Source: Rhodobacter maris (GTDB taxonomy: Bacteria; Pseudomonadota; Alphaproteobacteria; Rhodobacterales; Rhodobacteraceae). Taken from it: a DNA stretch of 64,000 bases. This document shows positions 1 to 10,854 of the stretch, one piece after another. Position numbers and translations under genes: made by a program. The stretch spans positions 747 through 64,746 of the forward strand of contig CALRMS020000014.1 of NCBI GenBank assembly GCA_943369275.1, written 5' to 3'. The first letter of the stretch is position 1. Every line of letters begins with the position of its first letter. The notes below the pieces were generated by a model, which was not told the origin of the DNA, did no database searches, and was given only the letters and a program-made list of their open reading frames with translations.

Positions 1-19
1 GCGCGCTGCCCTCTTTATG

Positions 20-1357
20 TTACGGACAGAAAATGTCGTTGGTTAGTGCGAAGACCATCAGCGTCAGGATCGCCGCCAGACCCACCGTCATCAACACCCG
101 CAGCGCCTTGGCCGTGGGCGGTTTTCCGGTCACCGCCTCATAGGCGTAGAACACCAGATGCCCGCCATCCAGAACCGGCACCGGGAACAGGTTCATCATC
201 CCCACCGCCGTCGACAGCATCGCAATGAACCAGATGAAACTGGTGATCCCCGCACTTGCCGCCGCGCCCGATGTCTCGGCAATCCCGATCGGCCCGCGCA
301 GATTGCACGACGATATCGCCCCCGTCACCATATGCCACAGCCCCGACAGCGACGTCGTCGCAATGTCCCAGCTCTGGCCGGCACCCAGCCCGATGCTTTC
401 CACAATCCCCGGCACGCGCTTTTCCGGCTCAAAATACAGCGCGCCGGTCAACCCGATCAGCCAGCGGGTTTCAAATCCGCCCTCTGCAAGCGGCAGATCC
501 ACCCGGCGCGGCTGCAATTCCAGCTCGACGGGTTGCCCCTCCCGCAAAAGGCTCAACCGCAACGGCGTGCCATCCGATCCCCCGACCAGTTCGCGCAATT
601 GCGAAAAGGTCGTCACCGGCTGGCCGTTCACCGCCGTCACGATGTCACCGCTCTGCACCCCGGCCTCCGAGGCAGCCGAATCCGGCTGCACGGTCTCCAC
701 CAGCGGCGGCAGCGGATGTGAATCCGTCACCTCCACCGTGTCGCCGCCACGGTCTACCAGATATTGTGCGGTGGCCACGGGCGGCAAAGCTGCCGCCGCA
801 TCAAGGAAGGCCGGGAAATCCGGTGTATCCTGCCCGCCCAGCGATACGATCCGGTCCCCCGGTTGCAGCCCTGCCGTGATCCCCGGCATAGTCTTGACCG
901 TTCCCACCGTCGGCGTATCGGTCGCCACGCCGCTGAACAGAAAAACGCCGGCAAAAACGACGATGGACAGGATGAAATTGAAGATCGGCCCTGCCGCCAC
1001 GGTCGCCGTACGCGCCCAAAGCGGCGCACCATGCATGGTGGCGCGCACCTGTTCCGGCGTCATCCCACCCAGATCATCGACATGCCCGGCTGAGGCCGCG
1101 TTGGAATCGCCCATGAATTTCACATAGCCGCCCAAGGGCAGCGCCGCGATCTGCCAGCGCGTCCCCCGTTTGTCCGCCCGCGACCAGATGACCGGCCCAA
1201 AGCCCAGCGAAAACACCTCCGCATGGATGCCCGACCAACGGCCCACGATGTAGTGACCATATTCATGCACGAAGACGATGATCAGCAGCGCCAGCACAAA
1301 GGCCGCAATCGTATAGGCCAAGCCGCCAAAGCTTGGGATCAGGTTGATGAATTCCAC
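20..1357 (-). CDS. rseP: RIP zinc metalloprotease RseP (site-2 protease, M50 family)
   Basis: 445 aa ORF. HEYGH zinc motif near the N-terminus, PDZ-like middle, C-terminal NLFPVPVLDGGH motif. GTG start. Last member of the conserved pyrH-frr-uppS-cdsA-dxr-rseP string. Confidence 0.9.
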   Translation of the reverse strand: MEFINLIPSFGGLAYTIAAFVLALLIIVFVHEYGHYIVGRWSGIHAEVFSLGFGPVIWSRADKRGTRWQIAALPLGGYVKFMGDSNAASAGHVDDLGGMTPEQVRATMHGAPLWARTATVAAGPIFNFILSIVVFAGVFLFSGVATDTPTVGTVKTMPGITAGLQPGDRIVSLGGQDTPDFPAFLDAAAALPPVATAQYLVDRGGDTVEVTDSHPLPPLVETVQPDSAASEAGVQSGDIVTAVNGQPVTTFSQLRELVGGSDGTPLRLSLLREGQPVELELQPRRVDLPLAEGGFETRWLIGLTGALYFEPEKRVPGIVESIGLGAGQSWDIATTSLSGLWHMVTGAISSCNLRGPIGIAETSGAAASAGITSFIWFIAMLSTAVGMMNLFPVPVLDGGHLVFYAYEAVTGKPPTAKALRVLMTVGLAAILTLMVFALTNDIFCP

Positions 1358-1360
1358 GCG

Positions 1361-2545
1361 CTACCTGCTCTCTATCCGTTTTCGGGCCTGCTCGGTTGCC
1401 CGTATTCTTGCCAAATGGTCCATGGCCAGCACCTCTTCAAGGCTCGCCGCGGGCTTTGTCAGCGCCGTCTCGGCTGACAGGACATCCAGCGTATCCTCGA
1501 CCACCGCCGCCATGTCCAGAAATCCGATCTCGCCCGCCATGAAATGATCCAGCGCGATTTCCTTCGCCGCGTTGAACGCAGCCCCCGACAGCCCCCGCAG
1601 CGCCATCACTTCGCGTGCCAGCCGCAGCGCCGGAAAACGGCGGTCATCGGGGGCTTCGAATGTCAGGCTGCCCAGCCGCGCCAGATCCAGCCGTTCCACC
1701 GGGATATGCCCGCGGTCGGGCCAATGCAGCGCAAAGCCGATCGCATGGCGCATGTCGGCAGGCCCCAGATGGGCCATGATCCCGCCGTCGCGGAATCCCA
1801 CCAACGCATGCACAATGCTTTGCGGATGCACCAGCACCTCGATCACGCCCGGATCGAACCCGAAAAACTCCCGCGTCTCAATGAGTTCCAGCGCCTTGTT
1901 GAACATCGACGCGCTATCAATGCTGATCCGGTTGCCCATCGACCAGTTCGGATGCGCCTTTGCCTCGGCCACAGTGGCCGCCGCCAACCGCTCCAGCGGC
2001 CAGTCGCGGAACGGCCCGCCTGATGCGGTGATGATCACCCGCTCCACCGCGCCGCCATCTTCCCCGGTCAGCGCCTGAAACACCGCCGAATGTTCGCTGT
2101 CCACCGGCAGGATTGTCGCGCCATGCGCCGCCGCCGTGGCCAGCAGCAACTGCCCCGCCGTCACCAGACTTTCCTTGTTGGCCAGCGCCAGACAGGCCCC
2201 ATGGCGCAGCGCGCGCATCCCCGGCACCAGCCCCGCCGCGCCCACGATCCCGCTCATCACCCAATCGGCCGGGCGGTCTGCGGCCTCGGCAATCGCCGCC
2301 GCCCCTGCCGCCGCCTGCACCCCTGATCCGGCCAGCGCTTCGCGCAGGGCGGGCAGTTCCGCCTCATGGGCCGTCACTGCCACCTCGGCGCGCAACTCCC
2401 GCGCCATCTCGGCCAGCCGCGCCACATTGCGCGCCCCGGTCAGCGCCACGGTGCGATAGGCCTCGGCCCCGCCCGCCCGGCGGATCAGGTCAAATGTGCT
2501 TTCCCCGATAGAGCCTGTGGCCCCGAATATGGAAATGGACCGCAT
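1361..2545 (-). CDS. dxr: 1-deoxy-D-xylulose 5-phosphate reductoisomerase
   Basis: 394 aa. N-terminal IFGATGSIG NADPH-binding motif and typical Dxr length. Synteny with cdsA and rseP. Confidence 0.93.
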   Translation of the reverse strand: MRSISIFGATGSIGESTFDLIRRAGGAEAYRTVALTGARNVARLAEMARELRAEVAVTAHEAELPALREALAGSGVQAAAGAAAIAEAADRPADWVMSGIVGAAGLVPGMRALRHGACLALANKESLVTAGQLLLATAAAHGATILPVDSEHSAVFQALTGEDGGAVERVIITASGGPFRDWPLERLAAATVAEAKAHPNWSMGNRISIDSASMFNKALELIETREFFGFDPGVIEVLVHPQSIVHALVGFRDGGIMAHLGPADMRHAIGFALHWPDRGHIPVERLDLARLGSLTFEAPDDRRFPALRLAREVMALRGLSGAAFNAAKEIALDHFMAGEIGFLDMAAVVEDTLDVLSAETALTKPAASLEEVLAMDHLARIRATEQARKRIESR

Positions 2546-2551
2546 GACCCC

Positions 2552-3424
2552 TCAGCCGATCGGAAGGTCTTTTAGGAACAGGCCCAGCAGCATCACCAGA
2601 ACCGTCGCTCCGGTCAGCGCATCGAACCGGTCCAAAAGCCCGCCATGGCCCGGAATCAGGTTGGAACTGTCCTTCACTCCGACCCGGCGCTTGACCCAGC
2701 TTTCCAGAATGTCGCCCAATTGCCCGGCCAGCGCCACGATGGGCGACAGGATCAGCAACCCCCAATCCCCGCGCCCGGCCAGCACAAAGCACAACCCCAC
2801 CAGGGCGGCCCCGATCCAGCCCGCCACCGTTCCCGACCAGGTTTTCTTCGGGCTGACCTTGGGCCAGAATTTCGGCCCCCCCATGATCCGCCCGACGAAA
2901 TACCCCGCCACATCCGATACCACCACAATGATGACCAGCCACAGGATACCGGTCGTGCCGACCTCCTCGCGCAACTGCACCAGCCCGTACCCGGCCACCA
3001 TGATCGCCGCTGCGTACAGCGCCGCAATCTGCCGGTCCCGCCGCGGCGTCAGTGCCAAAGCCAAGGCCGGCATCATCAGCAGGGACGCTGCCAGATCCGA
3101 CCGGAGCAGCAAGGCCCCGCCCAGCGCTGCCGCCGCGATCCCCGCCATAAGAAGGGGGCGGTTCTTCTGCACCGGCGCGGTGATCGTCGCCAGTTCCCAG
3201 ATCATCCCGGCCGTCAGCAACACCACCAGCACCGCAAAGGATGGCCCGCCCAGCCAGATCTCCGCCGCACCGACAGAGATCATCACGATGGCCGACACCA
3301 CCCTTGGCCGCAGGTCATTCCACCGCCCCAGCACATTGGCCGCCGGCTCTGCCGGCCCCCCCGCGCCATTCGCTGCGGCCTGCGCTGCGGCCTCCGCGGC
3401 GCTCTCCTCTGTCCTGCCCGTCAT
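2552..3424 (-). CDS. cdsA: phosphatidate cytidylyltransferase
   Basis: 290 aa polytopic membrane protein with C-terminal KRRVGVKDSSNLIPGHGGLLDRFD signature. ATGA overlap with the uppS stop. Confidence 0.87.
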   Translation of the reverse strand: MTGRTEESAAEAAAQAAANGAGGPAEPAANVLGRWNDLRPRVVSAIVMISVGAAEIWLGGPSFAVLVVLLTAGMIWELATITAPVQKNRPLLMAGIAAAALGGALLLRSDLAASLLMMPALALALTPRRDRQIAALYAAAIMVAGYGLVQLREEVGTTGILWLVIIVVVSDVAGYFVGRIMGGPKFWPKVSPKKTWSGTVAGWIGAALVGLCFVLAGRGDWGLLILSPIVALAGQLGDILESWVKRRVGVKDSSNLIPGHGGLLDRFDALTGATVLVMLLGLFLKDLPIG

Positions 3425-4218
3425 GCGCCTGCCACACCACCAAAGCGACGCTCACGATTGCCGAACTGGCCCACAATCGCCGCAAGTTCCTGCGCGCCGA
3501 AATCCGGCCACAGCGTGGGCGAGAACTCGTATTCCGCATAGGCCGCCTGCCAGGGCAGGAAATTCGATGTCCGCGTCTCGCCGCTGGTGCGGATCACCAG
3601 ATCCGGGTCGGGCAGATCGCCGGTATCCAGACGGGCGGCAACAACCGCCTCGGTCACCGCCTCTGGCGACAGCCGCCCTTCGGCCACATCGCGGGCGATG
3701 GACCGCACGGCGCGGGCAATCTCATCCCGCCCGCCGTAATTGATCGCCACCGTCAGGTTCAGTCGCGTCCCGCCCATGGTCCGCGCCTCGATCCCGGCCA
3801 TCATCTTCTGCAGCTTGGGGTCAAGCCGCGTCCGGTCGCCGATGAACCGCAACCGCACGCCCTCGATCGACAGCCGGTCCGCCTCCCGCTCGATGTAACG
3901 GGCAAAGATCGCCATCAGCCCCAGCACCTCTTCGGTGGACCGCTTCCAATTCTCGGTCGAAAAGGCATAGACAGTCAGCCAGCGGATGCCCAGATCGGGG
4001 CAGGCGCGCACGATCTCGCGCACGCGCTCGGCGCCACGCCGGTGGCCCACCAGCCGCGGCCAGCCGCGCGATGTTGCCCAGCGCCCATTGCCATCCATGA
4101 TGATGGCCACATGCTCCGCATTGCGGGGCGGGCGCTTCGGATCGGTTGTCTTGCCTGTTCCCAAGCCCTGCTCCCCCCCACACAGCCAGACAGGGGCCAA
4201 GGCCCCCGGCCTGGCCAT
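3421..4218 (-). CDS. uppS: isoprenyl transferase (undecaprenyl diphosphate synthase)
   Basis: HVAIIMDGNGRWA and IRTSGETRTSNFLPWQAAYAEYEF motifs. I place the start at ATG 4218, one nt after the frr stop, rather than the track start at 4275, which overlaps frr. Confidence 0.9.
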   Translation of the reverse strand: MARPGALAPVWLCGGEQGLGTGKTTDPKRPPRNAEHVAIIMDGNGRWATSRGWPRLVGHRRGAERVREIVRACPDLGIRWLTVYAFSTENWKRSTEEVLGLMAIFARYIEREADRLSIEGVRLRFIGDRTRLDPKLQKMMAGIEARTMGGTRLNLTVAINYGGRDEIARAVRSIARDVAEGRLSPEAVTEAVVAARLDTGDLPDPDLVIRTSGETRTSNFLPWQAAYAEYEFSPTLWPDFGAQELAAIVGQFGNRERRFGGVAGA

Positions 4219-4219
4219 G

Positions 4220-4786
4220 TCAGACCTGCATGATTTCCGCCTGCTTCTGTTCCAGCTGCCTGTCGACGGCGGCAATCGCCTTGTCCGTCAACTCCTGCAC
4301 CTCGTCCGACCACATCTTCTGGTCATCTTCCGACATGCCAGCCGTCTTGGCCTTCTTGATCTGGTCCATCCCGTCGCGGCGCACGTTGCGGATCGCCACC
4401 TTGGCGCTTTCGGCATATTGCGCCGCCACCTTGGCCAGCTCCTTGCGGCGCTGTTCGTTCAACTCCGGGATCGGCAGCCGGATCAGCGGCCCGTCGGTGA
4501 CCGGGTTGATCCCGATGCCGCTTTCGCGGATCGCCTTTTCCACCTTGCTGATCATGCCCTTGTCCCAGACGTTGATCACAACCATCCGCGGCTCGGGCAC
4601 GTTCACCGTGCCAAGCTGGTTGATGGGCGTCATCTGGCCATAGGCATCCACCTGAATGGGGTCCAGAATCTGCGCCGAGGCACGGCCCGTGCGCAACGAG
4701 GCGAATTCCTGCTTCAGCGCATTCATTGCGCCGTCCATGCGGCGCTGAATGGCGTCCAGATCGATGTCGAGGTCATCAGCCGACAT
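4220..4786 (-). CDS. frr: ribosome recycling factor
   Basis: About 188 aa from ATG 4786, preceded by an AAGGAAG Shine-Dalgarno. Typical Frr sequence ([17 protein letters not shown]...). Synteny pyrH-frr-uppS. Confidence 0.92.
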   Translation of the reverse strand: MSADDLDIDLDAIQRRMDGAMNALKQEFASLRTGRASAQILDPIQVDAYGQMTPINQLGTVNVPEPRMVVINVWDKGMISKVEKAIRESGIGINPVTDGPLIRLPIPELNEQRRKELAKVAAQYAESAKVAIRNVRRDGMDQIKKAKTAGMSEDDQKMWSDEVQELTDKAIAAVDRQLEQKQAEIMQV

Positions 4787-4930
4787 TTGGTCTTCCTTCA
4801 TTCTCCAGCCCAAACCCTCTCCGGGTTTCGGGGCCGTTTCGTTGCTCTATACCAGAGCCGCACCGCAACGGAACAGCGTCATTGACAACGCAGCAGGGCA
4901 GATCCCCGCGCTGCGCTGCCGCTTGGCGCG

Positions 4931-5665
4931 TCAGCCCTGAACCCTCGTATACGTTCCTTCTCCGCGCAAAATCCCGCGGAAACCGCCCGGCTCATCCAGC
5001 GAAAACACGATGATGGGCAGGTTGTTGTCGCGCGCCAGCGCGATGGCAGATGCATCCATCACCCCCAGATGCTTGGCCAGACATTCATCATAGCTCACCG
5101 TCACATAGCGCTTGGCATCGGCATGTTTCTTGGGGTCCTTGTCGTAAACCCCATCCACCTTGGTACCCTTGAAGATCACCTGACAGGCCATCTCATTGGC
5201 ACGCAGCGTGGCAGCCGTATCTGTGGTGAAATAGGGGTTGCCCGTCCCGGCGGCAAAGATCACCACGCGCTTCTTTTCCAGATGCCGCACCGCGCGGCGG
5301 CGGATATAGGGTTCGCAAACCTGATCCATCGGGATCGCGCTGATCACGCGGGTGAATACCCCGATCTGCTCCAGCGCCGATTGCATCGCCAGCGCGTTCA
5401 TCACCGTGGCCAGCATCCCCATATAATCTGCTGTCGTCCGCTCCATCCCCTGCGCCGATCCGGCCAGTCCGCGAAAGATGTTGCCGCCGCCGATCACCAT
5501 ACAGATCTCGACACCCATATCATGCACCGACTTCACCTCGCGCGCGATGCGCTGGACAGTGGGCGGATGCAGCCCGAACCCCTGATCCCCCATCAGCGCC
5601 TCACCCGAGATCTTGAGCATCACGCGGCTGTATTTCACCGCAGCATCAAGATCCGGTTTGGACAT
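4931..5665 (-). CDS. pyrH: UMP kinase
   Basis: 244 aa with [12 protein letters not shown] amino-acid-kinase motif. Synteny with frr. Confidence 0.93.
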   Translation of the reverse strand: MSKPDLDAAVKYSRVMLKISGEALMGDQGFGLHPPTVQRIAREVKSVHDMGVEICMVIGGGNIFRGLAGSAQGMERTTADYMGMLATVMNALAMQSALEQIGVFTRVISAIPMDQVCEPYIRRRAVRHLEKKRVVIFAAGTGNPYFTTDTAATLRANEMACQVIFKGTKVDGVYDKDPKKHADAKRYVTVSYDECLAKHLGVMDASAIALARDNNLPIIVFSLDEPGGFRGILRGEGTYTRVQG

Positions 5666-5853
5666 GGAAAACCCCGTTCTTCAGTATATCGGTTGGACTG
5701 CGCGGCAAAATGTATGAAAACGGCGGCGGGTTCAACCGGGAACGGCAGGCCGGAATCGCGAATGTCGGCACCACGCGCAGGGGCCCCGCCCTTGCCGCAC
5801 ACCCTCCCCCGGCCCCTGCAACCGGTCCGGACCAGCACATGTTGAAAGGAACC

Positions 5854-6732
5854 ATGACCTTGGGCTTTGATCTGGCGGCCCTCTCGCGCGACGCCCCCGT
5901 TCTGATCGCAGGCCCCACCGCCAGCGGCAAATCGGCGCTGGCGATGGAACTGGCCGCCCGCGACGGGCGGGTGATCGTGAATGCCGATGCGCTGCAGGTC
6001 TATGATTGCTGGCGCGTGCTGACCGCCCGCCCCTCCGCGCAGGACGAATCCGCCCTGCCCAATGCCCTTTACGGCCATGTCGGGCGCGATGCGCCCTATT
6101 CCGTCGGCCATTGGCTGCGCGAGGTGGCGCCGTTCCTGTCCCGCCCGGTCGTCATCGTGGGTGGAACGGGCCTTTATTTCAGCGCCCTCACCGAAGGCCT
6201 GGCCGACATCCCCCCCACGCCCCCCGCCATCCGGGCCGAGGCTGACAAGCGCCTGTCGCAGCACGGACCTGCCGCCCTGCTGGCCGATCTCGACCCTGCC
6301 ACCGCCGCCCGGATCGACCAGCGCAATCCCGCCCGCATCCAGCGCGCATGGGAGGTGCAGCGCGCAACCGGGCGCGGCCTTGCCGCCTGGCAAGATCAGA
6401 CCGGCGCGCCACTTCTGCCCCTGTCGGGGGCGCAGGCGCTCGTCCTGCGGCCCGATGTCGACTGGCTCAATGCCCGCATTGACCACCGCTTCGACCAGAT
6501 GATCGCCGCCGGCGCGCTGGATGAGGCCCGCGCAGAACTCCCCCATTGGCAGCCCACCCGCCCCGCGTCCCGCGCCATCGGTGCGCCGGAACTGATCGCC
6601 CATCTGCGCGGCGAGATGCCCCTGCCCGATGCCATCGCGGCAGCCAAGATCGCCTCGCGCCAATATGCCAAGCGTCAGCGCACGTGGTTCCGCTCACGCA
6701 TGGGCGATTGGCGCAGCGTCCTCCTGCCCTGA
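5854..6732 (+). CDS. miaA: tRNA dimethylallyltransferase
   Basis: P-loop [11 protein letters not shown] near the N-terminus. Start chosen at ATG 5854 (AAAGGA SD upstream); ATG 5839 is an alternative. The track start at 5710 adds a low-quality extension. Confidence 0.88.
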   Translation: MTLGFDLAALSRDAPVLIAGPTASGKSALAMELAARDGRVIVNADALQVYDCWRVLTARPSAQDESALPNALYGHVGRDAPYSVGHWLREVAPFLSRPVVIVGGTGLYFSALTEGLADIPPTPPAIRAEADKRLSQHGPAALLADLDPATAARIDQRNPARIQRAWEVQRATGRGLAAWQDQTGAPLLPLSGAQALVLRPDVDWLNARIDHRFDQMIAAGALDEARAELPHWQPTRPASRAIGAPELIAHLRGEMPLPDAIAAAKIASRQYAKRQRTWFRSRMGDWRSVLLP

Positions 6733-6778
6733 TCGCACCCAACAAAACGGACCGCCACAGAACTGCGACACCCCTTGG

Positions 6779-6810
6779 TTATCAACAGGCAGCGAATGCC
6801 TTGTGGATAA
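6779..6810. promoter_or_regulatory. convergent pair of DnaA-box-like 9-mers
   Basis: TTATCAACA (6779-6787, 8/9 match) and TGTGGATAA (6802-6810, exact reverse complement of TTATCCACA). Confidence 0.4.
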
Positions 6811-6876
6811 CTGCCCCCATTGGCCATTTTTTTGCTTGGGTTCGTTGCGATGAAAGACGTATGATTCGTTAATAAC

Positions 6877-7716
6877 GTGGCGAAAGTGCCTTTGATGCAA
6901 GACCAAAACCATGCAGCGGCCGTTTCGGGTGTGGCTGGCGGGGAACCCCGCCTTGTCGCGATTCCGCGACTCGCCGCCGGTGGCCGGTGGCGGGTCGAGG
7001 CGATGCGCGCCATCTCCGAACCGATGCTGCTGTGGTTCACAAAGGGTCAGGGTCGCATCACCGTGGCCGGCGTCACCCGTGGCTATACCGCAAACAACGC
7101 CGTCTTCATCCCTGCCGGTGTAATGCACGGCTTCGAAGTCGGCCCGCAGGTCTTTGGCAATGCCATCTTCTTCGGCAGGGATTGCGCCATCCCCCTGCCC
7201 CAGACCCCGCAGATGCTCCGCATTCGCGAAGTGCACGCCGCGCAAGAGGCGAATGTCATCTTCGACATGATCCTGCGCGAGATGAATTCCGACAGCCCCG
7301 CCCATGAACGCGCCACGCGCCATTACCTCGGCCTCCTCGGCGTGTGGCTGGAACGGCAGGTTGCCAAGGCCGCGCCGGAACAGGGCAAGCCCGATGCCGC
7401 CCGCCGCCTCGTCGCCCGCTACACAGCGCTCATCGAACGCGATTTCCGTTCGGGCGCCGGGGTCGGCGATTTCGCCGCCGCCCTTGGCGTCACACCCACC
7501 CATCTGTCGCGCTGCTGCCGTCAGGCTTGCGGCCGGTCGGCCATCACCATCCTGCAGGACCGCCGCATCTTCGAGGCCCGCCGCCTGCTGGCCGAAACCC
7601 GCATGCCGGTGGGCCAGATCGGCGCAAGCCTCGGCTTCACCTCGGCGGCCTACTTCACGCGCGCCTTCCAGCACCTCACCGGCAAGTCCCCGACCGAGTT
7701 CCGCCGGTCGCAGTGA
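6877..7716 (+). CDS. AraC family transcriptional regulator (cupin-like N-terminal domain)
   Basis: 279 aa. C-terminal double HTH (GVTPTHLSRCCRQ... and IGASLGFTSAAYFTRAFQHLTGKSPTEFRR). GTG 6877 or ATG 6895 start. Directly upstream of the ABC importer. Confidence 0.8.
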   Translation: MAKVPLMQDQNHAAAVSGVAGGEPRLVAIPRLAAGGRWRVEAMRAISEPMLLWFTKGQGRITVAGVTRGYTANNAVFIPAGVMHGFEVGPQVFGNAIFFGRDCAIPLPQTPQMLRIREVHAAQEANVIFDMILREMNSDSPAHERATRHYLGLLGVWLERQVAKAAPEQGKPDAARRLVARYTALIERDFRSGAGVGDFAAALGVTPTHLSRCCRQACGRSAITILQDRRIFEARRLLAETRMPVGQIGASLGFTSAAYFTRAFQHLTGKSPTEFRRSQ

Positions 7717-7980
7717 ACGCTGTCCCGTGACCGCCGTTCTGCGTCAACCGAAGGGGCCATCGCCCGGAATCGTCGCAAATCTGTCGCGAACCGACTGCCA
7801 TTAGGCGAATCCAAGCGTTGACGTAACACAGAAAAAGATGCGCTATGGTGGCTGCGAACTGCGCACCTTTGGCTGTGATGCACTTTCCCATGTCGATGCT
7901 TGCATGGGAAAATCCTGAACAGCCGGGGCGCGAAACCGATATAAAAACAATAAACCAACTGCCAATCTAGGGAGACCGAC

Positions 7981-9630
7981 ATGAAAGACACGCTCGATAT
8001 CGCCGCACTGCATCCGGCGGCCACGCTCTATGCCAACGAACTGCGTCAGGGGCAGCTGTCCCGCCGCGAATTCCTCGCCCGCACCACCGCTCTCGGCGTA
8101 TCCGCCGCCGCTGCCTATGCATTGATCGGCATGGACGCGCCCGCCATGGCGCAGGACACCCCCGCGATGGGCGGCACGCTGCGCATGTCGATGGAAATCA
8201 AGGCGCTGAAAGACCCGCGCACCGCCGACTGGTCGCAAATCTCCAACGTCACCCGCGGCTGGCTGGAATACCTCGTCGAATACAACAATGACGGCTCGAT
8301 CCGCGGCATGCTGCTGGAATCGTGGGAAGCCAATGCCGACGCTACTGAATACACGCTCAAGGTTCGCCCCGGCGTGAAGTGGAACAATGGCGACGATCTC
8401 ACCGCCGATGACGTTGCGCACAACTTCACCCGCTGGGGCGATGCCAGCGTCGAAGGCAACTCGATGCCGGGCCGCATCACCAATCTCGTCGATGCCGAAG
8501 CCAAGACCCTGCGCGCAGGCGCAGTCACGGTTGTCGATCCGCTGACGGTAAAGCTTACCCTCAGCGCGCCGGATGTCACCCTGATCGCAGGTCTGGCCGA
8601 CTATCCCGCCGCCGTGGTGCACAAATCCTATGAGAACGGCGATCCGACCGGCACGCCCGGCACCGGCCCCTTCCTGCCCGAAACGGTCGAGGTGGGCGTG
8701 AAGGCACATCTGGTAAAGAACGCCGATCACACCTGGTGGGGCACCGCCGTCTATGGCGGCCCGTATCTGGACCGGGTGGAATACACCGACCTCGGCACCG
8801 ACCCGTCCGCCGAAGTGAACGCCGCCGCCGCCGGTGAAATCGATGTCACCTATCAGTCCACCGGTGAATTCATCGAACAGTTCGACTCGCTGGGCTGGAC
8901 CAAATCCGAAGCCGTCACCGCATCGACGATCGCCGTGCGCTTCAACCAGCTGGCCGAGGAATACAAGGACGTCAACGTCCGCACCGGCCTGATCAAATGC
9001 GTCGACAACAACGTCGTGCTGGAACTGGGCTACTCGAACCTCGGCACCGTGGCGGAAAACCACCATGTCTGCCCGATCCATCCCGAATACTACGCCCTGC
9101 CCCCGCTGACCGCCGATCCGGCTGCCGGCAAGGCAGCAATCGACGCAGCCGGGAAGGCCGATTTCGAGTTTGAACTGATCTCGCTCGATGACAGCTGGCA
9201 GGCCGCAACCTGCGACGCCATCGCCGCCCAGATCCGCGACGCGGGCATCAACATCAAGCGCACCGTTCTGCCGGGCTCGACCTTCTGGAATGACTGGCTG
9301 AAATACCCGTTCTCGGCGACCGAATGGAACATGCGTCCGCTCGGCGTGCAGATCCTCGCGCTGGCCTATCGTTCGGGCGAAGCCTGGAACGAGTCGGCCT
9401 TCTCCAACGCGGAATTCGACTCCGAACTCGCCAAGGCGCTGTCGATTGCAGACGCCAAGGCCCGGTCCGAGGTGATGAAGCGTCTCGAAGAGATCATGCA
9501 GGAACAGGGCGTCATGGTGCAGCCCTACTGGCGCTCGATCTACCGCCACTTCGATCCGAAGGTGAAAGGTGCCGACATGCACGCCACCTTTGAACACCAC
9601 CACTACAAGTGGTCGATCGCTGCGGCCTGA
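7981..9630 (+). CDS. ABC transporter substrate-binding protein, family 5 (peptide/opine/nickel type), Tat-type signal
   Basis: 549 aa. N-terminal [21 protein letters not shown] twin-arginine signal. GGGAG SD. Followed by two permeases and a fused ATPase. Confidence 0.85.
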   Translation: MKDTLDIAALHPAATLYANELRQGQLSRREFLARTTALGVSAAAAYALIGMDAPAMAQDTPAMGGTLRMSMEIKALKDPRTADWSQISNVTRGWLEYLVEYNNDGSIRGMLLESWEANADATEYTLKVRPGVKWNNGDDLTADDVAHNFTRWGDASVEGNSMPGRITNLVDAEAKTLRAGAVTVVDPLTVKLTLSAPDVTLIAGLADYPAAVVHKSYENGDPTGTPGTGPFLPETVEVGVKAHLVKNADHTWWGTAVYGGPYLDRVEYTDLGTDPSAEVNAAAAGEIDVTYQSTGEFIEQFDSLGWTKSEAVTASTIAVRFNQLAEEYKDVNVRTGLIKCVDNNVVLELGYSNLGTVAENHHVCPIHPEYYALPPLTADPAAGKAAIDAAGKADFEFELISLDDSWQAATCDAIAAQIRDAGINIKRTVLPGSTFWNDWLKYPFSATEWNMRPLGVQILALAYRSGEAWNESAFSNAEFDSELAKALSIADAKARSEVMKRLEEIMQEQGVMVQPYWRSIYRHFDPKVKGADMHATFEHHHYKWSIAAA

Positions 9631-9757
9631 TCGGGTCCGTGCAAGACAGGCGCGCGGGGCATACCCCGCGCGCCCATCCGCAAGCCTGCGCCGGGTTACC
9701 GGACCGGCCCTCCCATCGCTTCCTGCCTGCGATCCCATGACCGGGAAAGGATGAGCC

Positions 9758-10843
9758 ATGCTCCTCTTCGTGCTGCGGCGTATCGGCGTCATGATCCTGA
9801 CGGCCATCGCGCTCACCTTCATCGTCTTCTACATGACGAACCTGCCGCCGAATCTCGAAAAGCTCGCCAAGTCCGAGGCATCGGTCCGCATGGCCGACGA
9901 CGCCGTGGCAAGCTGGCTTGAAAGCAACGGCTATGGCGGGTCGGTCTTCGTGCGGTATGGCGAATGGCTGGGCGTGATGCCCGGCTGGACCTTGACGGAT
10001 GAGGATGGCACGATTCGCGGTCGCTGCATCGAAAAGGGTCAGGACGCAGCCACCGCCCCCACCCGCTGCGGCATCCTGCAAGGCAATTGGGGCTTTTCCA
10101 CCGTCTTCAAGCAACCCGTCAGCGAAGTTCTGGCCCGCTCGCTCGGCGCCACCGGCTGGCTTATGCTCTGGGTGATGATCGTCATGGTCCCGGCCTCGCT
10201 GTTGCTTGGCGTATTGTCAGGCATGCGTGAAGGCAGCCGGACCGACCGGATCCTCTCCACCGTCGCCATCACCACTACCGCCACCCCCGAATATGTCTCT
10301 GGCGTGATCCTGATCGCATTGCTCGCCTCCGCCACCGCAGGCGTCTCGCCCATGCTCGCCGAAGCGGGCTGGATTTCGGGCAAGACGCTGTTCCCCGGCA
10401 CCGCCACCTCCGCCATGGAAAACATCACCTTCTGGAACTTCTTCCTGCCCGTGATGACCATCGCGCTTTACGGCATTGGCTACATTGCGCGCATGACCCG
10501 CGCCTCGATGACCGAGGTGATGACCCAGCAATACATCCGCACCGCACTGCTCAAGGGCGTGGGCTTCCGCGAGGTCGTCATGCGCCACGCGCTGCGCAAC
10601 GCCCTGATCGCCCCTTTCACGGTCATCATGCTGCAATTCCCGTGGCTGCTGAACGGGGTGGTGATCGTCGAGACGCTCTTCAACTACAAGGGCTTCGGCT
10701 GGACCCTCGTGCAGGCCGCCGGCAACAACGACATCGACACCCTGCTCGCCTGCTCGGTCGTCGCCGTCTTCGTCGTCCTCGTGACGCAGCTGATCTCGGA
10801 TATCGGCTACGTCTTCCTCAATCCCCGCATCCGCCTCGCGTAA
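9758..10843 (+). CDS. ABC transporter permease (DppB/OppB-like)
   Basis: 361 aa polytopic membrane protein in an operon with the SBP. Typical binding-protein-dependent permease layout. Confidence 0.85.
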   Translation: MLLFVLRRIGVMILTAIALTFIVFYMTNLPPNLEKLAKSEASVRMADDAVASWLESNGYGGSVFVRYGEWLGVMPGWTLTDEDGTIRGRCIEKGQDAATAPTRCGILQGNWGFSTVFKQPVSEVLARSLGATGWLMLWVMIVMVPASLLLGVLSGMREGSRTDRILSTVAITTTATPEYVSGVILIALLASATAGVSPMLAEAGWISGKTLFPGTATSAMENITFWNFFLPVMTIALYGIGYIARMTRASMTEVMTQQYIRTALLKGVGFREVVMRHALRNALIAPFTVIMLQFPWLLNGVVIVETLFNYKGFGWTLVQAAGNNDIDTLLACSVVAVFVVLVTQLISDIGYVFLNPRIRLA

Positions 10844-10854
10844 GGGAAGCAAGA

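Noticed and set aside
6779-6810. Whether the DnaA-box pair (or the boxes at 40564-40707) marks oriC
   Set aside because: There are only two or three boxes, with no AT-rich unwinding element and no cluster of additional boxes. The flanking genes (miaA/araC, pyrE/dnaB) are not the usual alphaproteobacterial origin neighbours. A regulatory or titration role is the more conservative reading.
5635-7674. Minus-strand ORFs of 342 and 326 aa opposite miaA and the AraC-family gene
   Set aside because: Antisense to genes with a P-loop and a double HTH respectively. Gly/Arg/Ala-rich composition with no motifs.
7843-9822. 659-aa minus-strand ORF, the longest ORF across the ABC substrate-binding-protein region
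   Set aside because: It is entirely antisense to a gene with a Tat signal, an SD and coherent family-5 SBP sequence. Its translation is Gly/Arg/Val/Ala/His-rich with no motifs. Open antisense frames like this are expected in roughly 65% GC DNA.
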